DNA of 64,000 nucleotides from Ruditapes philippinarum (taxonomy: Eukaryota), in the NCBI RefSeq assembly GCF_026571515.1, contig NW_026862878.1, positions 1 to 64,000 of the forward strand, written 5' to 3'. The notes beneath the pieces were generated by a model, which had not been told where the DNA came from, searched no databases, and saw only the letters and a list, made by a program, of their open reading frames with translations. Numbering within the stretch: the stretch's first letter is position 1; every line of letters begins with the position of its first letter. Shown here one piece after another: positions 12,350-26,232 of the stretch. The position numbers and the translations under genes were made by a program.

Positions 12350-14223
12350 TCAATTACCACGTATCAAAGTTCCAGAGAATGTGTTCCATCTGTCTGAACC
12401 ATGAAAAACCGTTAATGTTGAGAAACCGTTTGTCACTTTAACCCCGACGGGCTGGCCAACTGTCAAGACTTCTATCAAGGCAGCTGACTGACATGCAGCG
12501 TTTGATTGACTACGGAGAACTACCGGCTGGGTTGTTTGATCGTCCACCGTGATATCGATGTAAAGTCTTTGGCCGCTACTAACACAGAATATAACAGTAA
12601 ATAAGTACGTTCCATTTACAGGAACAGTAAATTTACCAGTGCTAGAATCGAATGCGCTTCCCTCGTTAAACATCGTGATCGGGAAAACTATATAGCGCCC
12701 GGTTGAAGCCGCCGTTAAGTGGGAATTAAGCCGTGCTTTAAATGCAACCGATGGTATTTTGGATTTGTCTGAAAAGAGAATATTTCTATACAAATTAAAA
12801 ATGAATTCAGTCCTGATCTACTATAATGTTCAACCAGTTTTCCTTGACATGTAGCGAACAACTTTACAATTCACATATTCATGTATTTTAGTACAATGTA
12901 TAGTATCTTAATATGTGAAAACATGTTATAAAGACTAATTAAGCAATCTTGTAGCAAAATAACATTATAATTCATTATTATATGTTTATTTTGTCATAAG
13001 GACTGAATCAAATCCATGAATAAATAACAAAACTATGACAATTTAAGCACATTTCAATTATTATTTCAGTAATAATTGACAATCAAAGTCGTATCAGAAT
13101 TATTCAACATGGTTTAGTCTTGGGTTTTTGTCCAAGTATGAGTCAAATATGTTAGTTCATTACAAAGTAATGGCAATTTGAAGAAGGCCAAGGTAAATTC
13201 AATGATAAGGTCAAATCAGAATAAATCAATGTGCCGCTTTTGCCTCAAGTATGAATCAAATCTGTAATAGCAAAGTTCTGACAATTTAAAAAAAAATCAT
13301 TAAAAGGTCAAATAACGGTAAAGGTCATTTTTGAATTATTCAACATACGGATTATGTCATATGGAATCCTTTGTTTAAATATAAATCAAATCAATTAATA
13401 ACTAGCAAATTTATGGCCAAATGTAACAAAATTTATTAATTTGACCTTAAGTTCCAAGGTCAAATCAAGGTCAAGTTCAATTAAACTTTCTTAATGTTTT
13501 TTTCCAAGGTTATATGTGCAAGGAAGACAATACATCCATTAATTACGAATAATTTTACATAATCCTTTGATCCATTTACACAGATTATATTATTCTTTAC
13601 GATCATGGTCAATTTTAAGCTTCAAAATCAATATAAACAACAGATATGCGAAATAAAAATCAAAACTATCGCAATTTTTCTCCATTTACAAAATCTGTCG
13701 ACAGATTCAAACATGTGCCTCGGCTTTCTTGTATTCAAATTTGAACGTGAGAACCAGCATGTCTAGAATCGAAACAAGGTTCTCACTTTCAAATCGCGTG
13801 CATGTTATAGACGTTGAAATATGATTTAAATAAAAAAAACAGCTTAAATTAAGTTGTGTTGTGGTATATAAGAAAATCAATTAATTAACCACATATACCT
13901 GCAATAAGATCCACTGTTTTCCGCAATTTACCAACTCTGACAGCAATGCTTTGCTCAAAAGAGTTTGCTTTTACTTTTAGACTCATCTCAAATTTATCCA
14001 TAGTTTTGTTCAATATCTCTAACGCTGATCGAAAATCGTCTTTCATTTTTGTTGCACTTTCCTCCCTTTCAATTCCTTCCAATTTCAGTTTTTCCATTTG
14101 ATATTCCATTCTAACTAATTTTTCCAAAATCTTCTCCTCAAAGTCATATTTAGAGCAGTGTTGTTCCTCTGCTTTAACCGTTAGCAAGAGAGTGATGAAA
14201 AGCGCGTAAGAAAACATTTTCAT
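12350..14223 (-). CDS. Secreted C1q-domain-containing protein, copy 1: join(14223..13899,12768..12350), 247 aa, signal peptide + coiled coil + gC1q
   Basis: MKMFSYALFITLLLTVKA signal peptide and heptad-rich region. C1q motifs VAFKA, FNEGSAFDSSTGKFTVPVNGTYLF and NTFSGTLI. Phase-1 GT/AG intron; 325+419 nt = 744 nt. Confidence 0.9.
13060..13520. repeat. Old TGACCT/AGGTCA-rich subrepeat array in the C1qDC intron (Helentron/HINE-like relic), present in all four introns
   Basis: About three ~120-bp subunits, TTATTCAA...CAAGTATGAATCAAAT...AAGGTCAAA. Confidence 0.5.
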
Positions 14224-14568
14224 GACGATCACTCTAATGATCCAGGATGCCGACCAGCAAGAAAATAAACCTAGACTAGAGTTTATAAACTTTAATAAAA
14301 CTTTAACATATCAAATAAAAGGGTTGTTTCGGATGTTCATACTGATATCTACTGTGATTATTTCATGGTTTTGTTCAAATCTAAAAAGCTTCTAAAAGTT
14401 CCAATTATTTTACATTTACAATGTATAACAAAGTGGTGCTATACGTTTTGTCGATTACCATATTAAATAACCTACACGTATTTAATTCTCGAAAAATTGT
14501 AAAAGTCATGCTTTAAAGTAAAACGGAAATAAAACAGAGAAATTGTCGACGCACTCAAACTTATTTTA

Positions 14569-15500
14569 TATTATTACCCCTCACTTTTTCGTAATGCTAA
14601 TTTCCCATAGGCATCTGGGAGTTATTTTTACTGTTAATGCAAGTGTACCACGTGACTAAGAATTTTGTACTGTTACATAGGTAACAGTATTTTTAACAGT
14701 ATAAAATCTGGTCACGTGGTCTATTTTCTAAATAAAATGAAATGAAATGGCCGCCATTTTTTTCTCGATTCATTCTTATTTTCGACGTTAAACACCGATA
14801 GAACATCAATTTCTTCTCAGGAGTAACAATGACACTCATAAAATTTAGTTGTTCGCACCCTGGTGTGCTTTTCGCGTATAAAATATCTTTTTGTTGAATA
14901 GACAAAAAGTGAACATCCGTTTTCAACGGAAGTAATTGTAATGTAAATAATTATGTGTCAAACTGGAACATGCAGACGATTTAAGCATACAACAAAGGAT
15001 TATTTCACAATTTTAATCAGTGAAATGTTACAGATATTGTGGACAGACATAGGATATCATCATTATTTTGTCAAAAACCATGCTAAGAATATTCTGGAAA
15101 CAGAAGGATCATATTTCACAGATCATAACCGTGTAAATGGGTTAGTGTTTTGTTTTCTAAATAAAACCTAGCTTATTGTATGTTTATGATTTGTAGATCT
15201 CATCACTTGCTTTAAGAATAAAAGAAAAAGAAAACTTCTCAAGTAGGCCTAAAGTACACTTAAAACTTAAAAGGTAAGGACAGTTTAGTTATTGTTACTC
15301 TTGGTTTATTTTTGTTACAGTTAGATTTAGTTGACAATTTCAGATCATCAAAGTATTTTTGTTCGGGGTAATAAAATAAATAACACATGGGTTTGTGAGT
15401 AACAGTAAATGCTGATACCCTCGGCTACGCCTCGGGTAACAGTATTTTCCTCGGGATGATATTTTTACTGTTACCCACAAACCCATGTGTTATTTATATA
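14569..15500. mobile_element. ~930-bp non-autonomous DNA element specific to unit 1, with a terminal long hairpin
   Basis: Absent at the equivalent site of units 2-4. TTATTACCCC (14571) is inverted to GGGGTAATAA (15365), followed by a hairpin with ~33-bp arms (TAAATAACACATGGGTTTGTG...) enclosing CCTCGGCTACGCCTCGG. Confidence 0.7.
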
Positions 15501-15543
15501 CTAGTACATGTATTTGAAAATATAAATGATAGTTTTTTTTGCT

Positions 15544-15818
15544 ACGCCTGATATACAACAAAGCAATCTTCTCCGATTGTATACGGTAAATCGCTCTGTC
15601 GCAATGTCCGAGCTAGTGCATATCGCCGAATTCCAGTGTCAACAAAGGTAGAATGTTGACTTATTATATACATGGTAAAGCATTCTTGTATTTTCTATCT
15701 CAAAACTATGTAATAAGGCAACATTTTACCTTTGTTGACTCTAGCGAAATGCACGGATAGAGCGACAGGGCGATTTACTGTATACCTCCAAAAGAGATAG
15801 CTTTGCTGTTACAGCCGT
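15544..15818. mobile_element. Foldback MITE with long imperfect TIRs, unit 1
   Basis: Left arm ACGCCTG..ACAACAAAGC..TATACGGTAAATCGCTCTGTCGC..GTCAACAAAGGTA is inverted to TACCTTTGTTGAC..GCGACAGGGCGATTTACTGTATA..GCTTTGCTGT. Confidence 0.75.
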
Positions 15819-17388
15819 GAATGCATGAGACGATTATCTGTTCTCACGTGTATTCCAATGGAATCAGCAGTGTTGGCATATATGTCTTATCTTGATATTG
15901 AAAAAGTAAAAGCAAGGATCATTTCTGATAATGGCTATTATGTCTTTTAGTGATATCCGACACGAGGTTACCCGTCGATTCTGCAAACATGTCAAATATT
16001 ATTTTCTTGGTGTATTCTACTATATTTCAAACATTTTGCCTCAATAACATGTTTATTCATATACATTTATTGTATTTCATATGTTACTATTTTCTTACGG
16101 GTTCATTCATAACGGCGAAATGACGTTACCCTATCTAAAGGCGCTACTAGGGTGGCATCAATGCTTATGTCGTATGACTTTACCACGTCATATTTACATA
16201 CACTGTTGTTTTATTTTTGCTATTTTATGAGTATAGAAAAGTTATCAGTATTGCTCTTAAGGTACTTTTTATTAAAAGATTGATATCTTAAGTTTAAATT
16301 TCTATTTGATTTAAAGCAGGCACCTATGAAGCATTTTTGTAATTGGGTGTGGGAGTGGGGCTTAATTCTATTTGGAGTGGAGGAGGATGGTCTGGTTGTC
16401 GTGCCCCCAGGACAAAAATCTACATATCAAATGGTGGCCTCTGGTATATTCCCAGGTGAAGATTTTAGTAAAATATGAATTATGTACAACCTTCTAAATT
16501 TACCCCTGGCACTATTTCGTAAGGGATTTTCACTAGACATTGATAAAATTATAACTGTACAAGGAGCATCTCTTCAGCCGTTTGAAATGCTTATCGGCTT
16601 ATATCTTACATTCATGCTTTTATTTCATATTAATATTTTAAAAATAAACCATATTTAGACACTGTATCGCTGACCATGGACTCTGCAATATGCAGTGTGT
16701 GACAATTTTAGCGTGTGACAAATACTATGGATTGCCCTGGCCGCCAACTTAATGATTTTTGATCACTATTTCCGCTGAAATGAGCACCCCCTTACTATCT
16801 TGCAAGATAACAAGACAATACAATAACTTTTGAACAACCTGAACAACCCTTGCCTGTTCTTATCAGAGGGTGTTTCTCTGTATACTGTTTTCAACCTATT
16901 AATAAATAAATTACTTCACATTGTTTTGCTCTTATCATTAATTACTTAAATTAGTTAGATTAGATATTATTACTTATTATGTATTATCACTAATACGGCG
17001 AACGCCCGGACATTCCATTGCAGGGCAGTTGACAAACAGCACCTGCTTCTTTTAAAACAAAAACAAATGCTGAAACTAAAGAAGAGATATTTTGGTAATT
17101 ACACCGCTCGAACTTTTAAATATTTTATTGTCTTTGTTTTTGACTTTTTTGTCATGACCCTCTCGTCGGCACCGTCATTGGTTCATCTTCATATTTAAGT
17201 ACATTTCTCAGAAACTTTCCAAAAAATTTCTCAAAAGTATTTTCAAATTCATGTGCGCTATCTTTAAACAATAAATCATCACAAACATACTAGATTGCAT
17301 GCAACCTATACCCATTAATTTCTTTTCACTCTTATGGCTTGTCCTATGGCTGCTGTTACCAGCTTGAAAGTTTTATGCGGTACATATA

Positions 17389-17646
17389 TTTTGGTTGAGT
17401 TTTATGAAACACCAACACTGTCATATGGCGACTTTCCAGCTTTACTGGTGAATGAAGACCTCGGGTGCCCTTCTGTGCATTATTTCGGGCACAAGCGGGC
17501 ACCTGAGTAGAACCACCGACATTATGTTAACTAGCTAATATAGCTGCCTCACATGGAAGAATCAAAGAATCGAGATTCGAACCTACAGCGGTTAGGGGCA
17601 AATGGTTTGCAGTCAACGACCTTAACCACTCGGCCACGGATGTCCC
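17389..17646 (-). mobile_element. tRNA-derived SINE (probably Meta-SINE type), unit 1
   Basis: Minus strand: A box GTGGCCGAGTGG, B box GGTTCGAATCT, body GTCGGTGGTTCTACTCAGGTGCCCG, LINE-like tail AAAGCTGGAAAGTCGCCATATGAC...AAACTCAACCAAAA. Confidence 0.8.
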
Positions 17647-20600
17647 TTACATATTTATCTAATAATGAAAAATAAGCATTGACTAGTATGTCCCAACATT
17701 CACTTCCAGATTTCTTATAAAATCTTTGCATCCAAATTTGGTTAGTCCTGCCATATTTACATTGAAATCAACTAAAATAGCCCTCAGTAAATTCAGGTAG
17801 GGTACGTATATAAATATAGATATACAAAAGTCAAATAAAATAGATTTAAAAAAGGGCGAAAACGCATTCTCAAAATTATTCTCGTCTGCTTTACTTTGTT
17901 TAGCAGTCATTATTAGATCAATAACTTCTAACGTAAATCAGAATTTTTTTTCAAATTTCATTTCATTTTATCGAGATTTACTTTTTTCCAGTGTGGAATA
18001 AATAAAAAGTCTGTTGGCAATATTTAGGTAGAGAACAGAAAGTGTCCTGTTATCATGTTGATGGTTAACATTTAGAGCATTTTGAGAAAGGTCAAAATAG
18101 TCTTTTTCTTTAAATTTTCCTTTGCAATTCATCTCAATATGTAACGTATATTTCCAGTGTGCAATTTACTAGTATATCAGAATAAAATTATGGAAAATTT
18201 AAATATAAATTTAGCAGTTACCAAACCACACCAATTGACAATTATTTTGATCACTTTATAATGACCAGTAGGTTGATATTGTTGTCTAAATCTCTTATTG
18301 TTCAATAAGGAGAAATGTGTTTTTCATATAAGGGAACTATCGGGCAAGCATGCCTTTATTAATCAGGTTGCTGTTTGTAAATATTGCAAATATCTGCTGT
18401 ATGACCTTAACTAAGTATATGTATCTATGAATTAAAACTAAAGAAATGATTAAAAAGAATTTTAGTTAAAATGAAAGTAGATATGATTTATTAAGAAAGT
18501 ACACAAGGAAGGGAGACAACTCATATTTTATGAGAGTTGCAATATGAACACATTTGTCTCCCTTATGATCAATTACTATGAAAACTACATATTAATATGG
18601 AAAATACAGAACGTATATATTTGTAATTTTCTTTCAGGGTTTTGCCATGTACATTTGTTCATATATTTGAATATAGATAATACCACTGTACATTGTTGTT
18701 GTATTTTTATATCTAGATTAATATGGATGGTGATCACTGATGAGGTTAATTAGGAAGTTTTAGAAACAGATTATATGGTTGTCATCTTTTTTCGCAACAG
18801 AACAAAATACATGTTTTTACACAAATTTATATATGTTAAGCAAGAATTTTAATATGCATACATATTTTACGCACTGGCAACTTTTGAATTATTACATTTT
18901 GAATTTCATTTTTAAATGCACGGCGGATATCCTACAGAACTCAATATTCAAAAAATTTGACGCTGCTACAGAATGTTCATCCTCTAAAAACACATAAGCA
19001 ACGGAAACATTTGTACCTTATGAAAAACAAATCTTAAATATTTAAGCAAGTGTGTCCCTTGACTGATCGGTTTAGTTTTTTTTCAGGACGTTAGATCAAT
19101 GTGTCAAGGAATCAAGGTAACTGTAGCTAAAATTGCGTATCTTTGCAGAACGTTTATTTGCAAGAAAACGCAATAACATGCACGACAAACGCACCCAAGA
19201 AAGAAAGAAATATAAAAAGATTTTATGTGTTTAAGGCAGTATGGCACAATTGATACGAAAGAGCTCCAAAATAACAGTTGTCACGGTTAACTAATCATTA
19301 TAAACTTTTATCTATCGAATGTACCTAACCTCTAAGGCAAAGATTAGTTATACAATTAATTTGCATTTTAATAGCCTAGCTTCAATGAAATTTTATTATG
19401 ATAATTAAACTGAAAAGTACTCATTGTATATTACACCGTTATGTTTCAATAATCTACTGTAAAGGATGTAATATTACCGGTATCCTAATAGCTATATTGG
19501 ACTGTTGAGAACAAAATGGATTTTTTTTGTATATGTGACGCCAAAGGTGCAAACCATGATATAGAGAAAAGTTTCGTCTTCCAGAATCGCATTTTGCTGA
19601 CGTTTCTTATCAAACTTACATTTTCAAAATGACAAGATTGAATTTCTTTTATCAAAAAGGTTGTTTAAAAGTGTTCTGTACATTACAGAATATATTTGGA
19701 GTTGTAACCTACACAGTTTGTGAAATAATATTGGATACGTTTAGCGTCTTAAATTCTCCCTCGTGGTTTCGTGAAAATATAATCTCGATATTAAATAATC
19801 GGTTAATTCATGGATGACTGTACACACAGTGTAGGAACGAAATCACTCACTACAAGTCAATGACACAATTCAATGCGTATGTGTTATTGTGATTACAGAC
19901 ACTTTTTGTTTCTTCACATCACTGTATCATTTATTGCAAGCTTAAACATTAATTTTGCATGATGTATCATATACTGCGATCACAGGATGTAAATAAAACA
20001 AGACATGACGGGTAGTTGTCTAGGAAATGTAGAGAGTCGATTTATGATTTTTTCAAAGATAGTTCAAATTTAAAGATAATAATTCAAAACTGTTATTAAT
20101 ATCACTCTCAAGCTACTTTATACTCGTATTGCAAAAAAACGACCTACAATTAAAAAACGTTGCAAGGTTTTCGCTCAAATCGGACTAAGAATAGTACACA
20201 AATACGAATTTCAGTTTATTCATATCATAGTTCTTATTAACCTTTTGCATATTTTGCTGTTTTAAGTGTCAAAGCTGATGTATGTCAGAAATTCAAATGT
20301 TAAAATTTTATGCTTTTTGACCTACTTGGAGTTCCGTTAAGTATAGAAATTAAAAGGCTTACTTCACGTTGACTCATTTATATAACCGTTAATATTCAGC
20401 AGTAGGTACGGCACGGAGGTACGGAAGTCAAACCTTTACGGTATCCATTTTTCTTTAAAAGACAATACAAAAAGGATAGATTTAAAAGCTCGCCACCGCT
20501 CCCACATAATTTTATGGACAATGTGCTAGCATTTCACACGTAACCAGTGACATAATCAGAACGTTTTAGGGAAGAGTGACATTTTTAATGTAAGTAGTTC

Positions 20601-21680
20601 AGTCATGTTAGTGATTTAATCAGATTATCAGACATACATGACTTTGAGCACAGCACCTCATCAGTAATCAGAAAACGTCTGGTTCAAAATTAAATCAAAA
20701 ATAATGTTTAATGTTAGACTGATACTTGGACATGATACCAAAAGAACGCATATGGGATGAAGATATTTTATGAACCAGGTCGAATTATATACCAAATATT
20801 TGCCATAAATGAATAACCCCAAAATGCATCCCTATATATTGTAGCAGTATTGTACTTCAAACGTCGATCGTTGCGTCACTTCCACAAAAAGACGAATCAT
20901 TTCATACACCATCAAAAAAGTTTTATATACACCCAGTTTATTGGATGATGCAAAGCATCTCTGTGCTATCTTCTAATTCTTCATTTCTATTCTTATATCT
21001 TAGTGTAAATAAAATAAATAAATAAAATAAATAAGCAATAAACATTACAATAAAATACACGTTTATTGAAAAAGCATATTACATGTTATTCTCGTTAACC
21101 CATTAAATTTATACTCGTTACGTATACATTTCATTAATGATATATATAGTATCATGAATTCATAAATGAATAAAGGTTAAACATTTATTTGTCAGTGTCC
21201 ATATAAACAATTTTGCATTTGATTATAATGTTTTAAGGTGTTTTAAAACACGAACAACAAATAGAACAGATACAAAGATTTGTAAAATGAAAGTATTTAA
21301 CCTTTAAAACTTTTGTTAACAAAAAATATGTGTCACAATTTAACGGCAAATTCCATATCCAGTTTGAAGTAGTTGTCACTGTTTGTGTTCAGACAGGTTT
21401 ACATGTATTTTTATATGCAGAAGTATAGTCATGCAATTTATATACACAAACGAATATCTGAAAAGTATATGTTTCATATGTTATATATGTACACACACAT
21501 AATCATAATTATTTAACAATTGCAAACAAAGTTTGATATTATGCATTTACTTAATAAATAATTCATATTATTATTTTATTATTACCACTGTAGCAAAATA
21601 AAACCTGAAAGTTTATTTATACCAGGACTTATTATAAGATGCAGATAGCTTTTAAAAGGAAAGAAGTACATTTGATGACA

Positions 21681-23587
21681 TCAATTACCACGTATCAAAG
21701 TTCCAGAGAATGTGTTCCATCTGTATGAACCATGATGAACCGTATGTGTTGAGAAACCGTTTGTCACTTTAACTCCGACGGTCTGGCCAACAATCAAGAC
21801 TTCTATCAAGGCAGCTGACTGGCATGCAGAGTTGACTTCACTACGGAGAACTATCGGCTGGGTTGTTTGACCGTCCACTGTGATATCGATGTAAAGGCTT
21901 TGCTTGCTCCAAACGCAGAATATAACTGTAAATAAGTACGTTCCATTTACAGGAACAGTAAATTTACCAGTGCTAGAATCAAATGCGCTTCCCTCGTTAA
22001 ACATCATGATCGGGAAAACTATATAGTCCCCGACGGAAGCCGCCGTTAAGTGGGAATTAAGCCGTGCTTTAAATGCTACCGATGGTACTTTGGCTTTGTC
22101 TGAAAAGAGAATATTTCTATATAAATTAAAAAATGAATTCAGTTCTGATCTATTATAATGTTCAACCATTTTTACTTGACATGTAGCGATACAATTTATA
22201 TATTCATACAGTACAATGTATAGTATCTTAATATGTAAAAACATTTTATAAAGACTAATTAAGCAATCTTGTAGCAAAATTACATTATATAACTTATTAT
22301 TATATGTCTATTTTGTCATAAGAGCTCTTTTTCCCTAGAATGAATCAAAGCTACGAAGAAATAACAAAACTATGACAATTAAAGCACATTTCAATTATAA
22401 TTCAGTAATAATTGACAATCAAAGTCATATCAGAATAATTCAACATGATTTAGTCATGTTTTTTTTTTCAAGTATAAATCAAATATGTAAGTTCATAACA
22501 AAGTAATCATTATGGCAATTTGAAAAAATCTCAATAAATTGACCTTGATGGCCAAGGTAAATTCAATGTCAAGGTCAAATCAGAATTATTCAATGTGCCG
22601 TTTTTGCCTCAAGTATGAATCAAATCTGTGAATAAAGAGCAAAGTTCTGACAATTTAAGAAAATTGCATTAGAGGTCAAATAAAGGTAAAGGTCATTTTT
22701 GAATTATTCAACATACGGATTATGTCATATGGAATCTTTTGTTCAAGTATAAATCAAATCAATAAATAACTAACAAATTTATGGCCAAATGTAACAAAAT
22801 TCATTAATTTGACCTTAAGTGCCAAGGTTAAATTAAGGTCAAGTTCAATTAAACTTTTTTAATGCCTTGTTCCAAGGTTAGTTGTGCAAGGAAGACAATA
22901 CATTCATTAATTACGAATAATTTCACATAATCCTGTGGTCCATCAACACAGTTCATATTATTCTTTACGATCATGGTCAATGTTAAGCTTCAAATTCACT
23001 ATAAACAACGGATAAGCGAAATAAACATCAAAAGTATTGCGATTTTTACTCCTTTTACAAAATCTCTCTACAAATTCAAACATGTGCCTCGGCTATTTTG
23101 TATTCAAATTTGAACTTGAGAACCAGCATGTCTAGAATCGAAATCAGATTCTCACTTTCAAATCGCGTGCATGTTATAAACGTTGAAATATGATTAAAAA
23201 ACCCAGCTTAAATTAAGTTGTGTTGTGGTATATAAGAGACTCAGTTAACTTACCATGTATACCTGCAATAAGATCCATTGTTTTCCGCAATTCACCAACT
23301 CTGACAGCAATGCTTTGCTCAAAAGAGTTTGCTTTTACTTTTAGACTCATCTCAAATTTATCCATAGTTTTGTTCAATATTTCTAACGCTGATCGAACCT
23401 CGTCTTTCATTTTTGTCGTACTTTCCTCCCTTTCAATTCCTTCCAATTTCAGTTTTTCCATTTGGTATTCCATTCTAACTAATTTTTCCAAAATCCTCTC
23501 CTCAAAGTCATATTTAGAGCAGTGTTGTTCCTCTGCTTTAACAGTTATGAAGAGAGTGATGAAAAGCGCGTAAGAAAACATTTTCAT
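21681..23587 (-). CDS. C1qDC copy 2: join(23587..23263,22099..21681), 247 aa
   Basis: Same exon sizes (325+419) and splice sites as copy 1; open frame. Confidence 0.9.
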
Positions 23588-23995
23588 GACGATCACTCTA
23601 ATGATCCAGGATGCCGACCAGCAAGGAAATAAACATAGCCTAGAGTTTATCAAACATTATAAACTTTAACATATCAAATAAAAGGGTTGTTTCGAAAGCT
23701 CATACTTACATCTACTGTGATTGTTTTATGGTTTTGTTCAAATCTAAAAAGCTTCTAAAAGTTCTCATTATTTTACATTTATTACAAAGCGATCTTGTCG
23801 ATTACCGTGTAAAATAAACTACATGAGTTTATTTCTCGAAAAAATGTAAAAGTCATGCTTTAAAGTAAAACGAAAAAAAAAAAAAAAAAAAAAAAAACAG
23901 AAAAAATGTCGACGCACTGCAATCTTATTTTATACTAGTTAGTTATACTAGTATAACTTATAATATACTATTAAATGTATTTGGCTACGCAAAAT

Positions 23996-24286
23996 GACGC
24001 CAGGTATACAATGGTATACAACAAAGCTATCTCTTTCGATTGTATACGGTAAATCGCTCTGTCGCAACGTCCGAGCTAATTCATGTCGCCGAATTTCAGT
24101 GTCAACAAGTTGTACATTGCTGACTTATTATATACATGGTAAGCATTCTTGTATTTTAATCTCAAAACTACATTATAAGGCAACATTGTACATTCGTTGA
24201 CACTAGCGACACGCACTAGCTCGGAAAGAGCGACAGGGCGATTTACCGTATACCCCCAAAAGAGATAGCTTTGCTGTTACAGGCGT
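23996..24286. mobile_element. Foldback MITE, unit 2 copy
   Basis: Same inverted arms as 15544-15818. Confidence 0.75.
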
Positions 24287-25971
24287 GAATGCATGAGTCG
24301 ATTATCAGTCCTCATGTGTTTTCAAATGGAATCAGCAGTGTTGGCATATATGTCTAATCTTGATATTGAAAAAGTAAAAGCAATGATCATTTCTGATAAT
24401 GGCTGTCATGTCTTTAGTTTGGCCCGTGATATCCGACGAGGGTACCCGTCGATTCTGCAAACATGTCAGATATTTTTTTTCTTGGCATATTCTACTATAT
24501 TTTAACATTTTACATCAATAAAACGTTTATTCATATACATTTATTGTATTTCATACGTTACTATTTTCTTACGGGTTCATTCATAACGGCGAAATGACGT
24601 TACCCTATCTAAAGGCGCGACTAGTGTGGCATCAATGCACATGCCGTATGACTTTACCACGTCATATTTACATAAACTGTTGTTTTTTTTGCTATTTTAT
24701 GAGTATGGAAAAGTTATCAGTAATTTATTTAAGGTACTTTTATTAAAAGATTGATATCTTAAGTTTTTCTACTTGATTTAAGGCAGGCTCCTAGGAAGCA
24801 GTTTTGTACTGGGCGTGGGGTTGGGCTAAATTCTATTTTGGTTGGAGGAGGGTGGTCAGGGGGTCGTCCCCAGGGGAAAAAATCTACATATTAAATGGTG
24901 ACCTCTGGTGCATTTACAGATGTAAATTTAAGTTAAGTATAAATGAAGTACAAACTTCTAAATTTCGCCAGAAATTTTCAAACTATAACCAATGCACTAT
25001 TCCTTATTGGAATTTTCACTCGACATTGATAAAAATGATAACTGCACATGGTACATTTTCAGCCCTTTGAAATGCTCACCGTCTAATATCATTATTTTTT
25101 TATTAATATTAAAACAGAACCATAATTTGGCACTGTGTTGCTGACAATGAACTCTCTTATATGCAGTGTGTGACAATGTGTGACAAATACTATGGATTGC
25201 CTAAGCCGTCAACTAAATGACTTTTTGATCTCTATTTCCGCTGGAATAAGCACCCCCTTGTTACTGTCTTCCAAGATAATCTTACAATAACTTTTGAACA
25301 ACCCCTGCCTGCTTTTATCAGAGGGTGTTTCTTCGTATACTGTTTCAACCTATTAATAAATAAATTATTTCACAAAGTTTTGCTCTTATCATTAATTACT
25401 TAAATTAATTAGATTAGATATTATTACTTATTATGTATTATCACTAATACGGCGAACGCCCGGACATTCCAATGAAGGGCGGTTGACAAACAGCACCTGC
25501 TTCTTTTAAAACAAAAACAAATGCTGAAACTAAAGAAGAGATATTTTGGTAATTACACCGCTCGAACTTTTAAATATTGTATTGTCTTTGTTTTTGAGTT
25601 TTTGTCATGACCCTCTCTTCGGCATCGTCATTGGTTCACCTTTATCTTTACGTACATTTCTCAGAAACTTTCCAATCTAATTTAACCACAATAGCACTTT
25701 ATAAATATTTGACGCCAAAATCAGAAGGGCAGATAATCATCATAAATTATGCCACTTTTTTTACTAAGGTGTTTTTGACACGGTTTCCTTTTTTGTTAAG
25801 GTTCATTTCTCAAAAGTATTTTCAAATTTATATGCGCTATCTTCAAACAATAAATCATCACAAACATACTAGATTGCATGCAATCTATACCCATTTATTT
25901 CTTTTCTCTCTCTTGGCCTTCACAATATATTTATATCTTGTCCAAGGCTACTATTACCGGCGCGGTAAATA

Positions 25972-26232
25972 TTTTTTGTTGAGTTTTATGAAACACCAAC
26001 ATTGTCATATGGCGACTTTCAAGCTTTACAGGTGGATGAAGACCTCAGGTGCCCCTATGTAAATTATTATTTTGGGCGCAAGCGGGCACCTGAGTAGAAC
26101 CACCGACATTCCGTAAACTAGCTAATATAACTTCTACACATGGAAAATCTAAAAATCGAGATTCGAACCTACAGCGGTAAGGGAAAAATGGTTTGAAGTC
26201 AACCACCTTAACCACTCGGCCACGGATGTCCC
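25972..26232 (-). mobile_element. tRNA-derived SINE, unit 2
   Basis: Paralogous copy at the same position in the duplicated unit. Confidence 0.8.

Noticed and set aside
17560-17646. Functional tRNA genes (also 26150-26232 and 35875-35956)
   Set aside because: They continue into a SINE body and tail and lack a proper acceptor stem.
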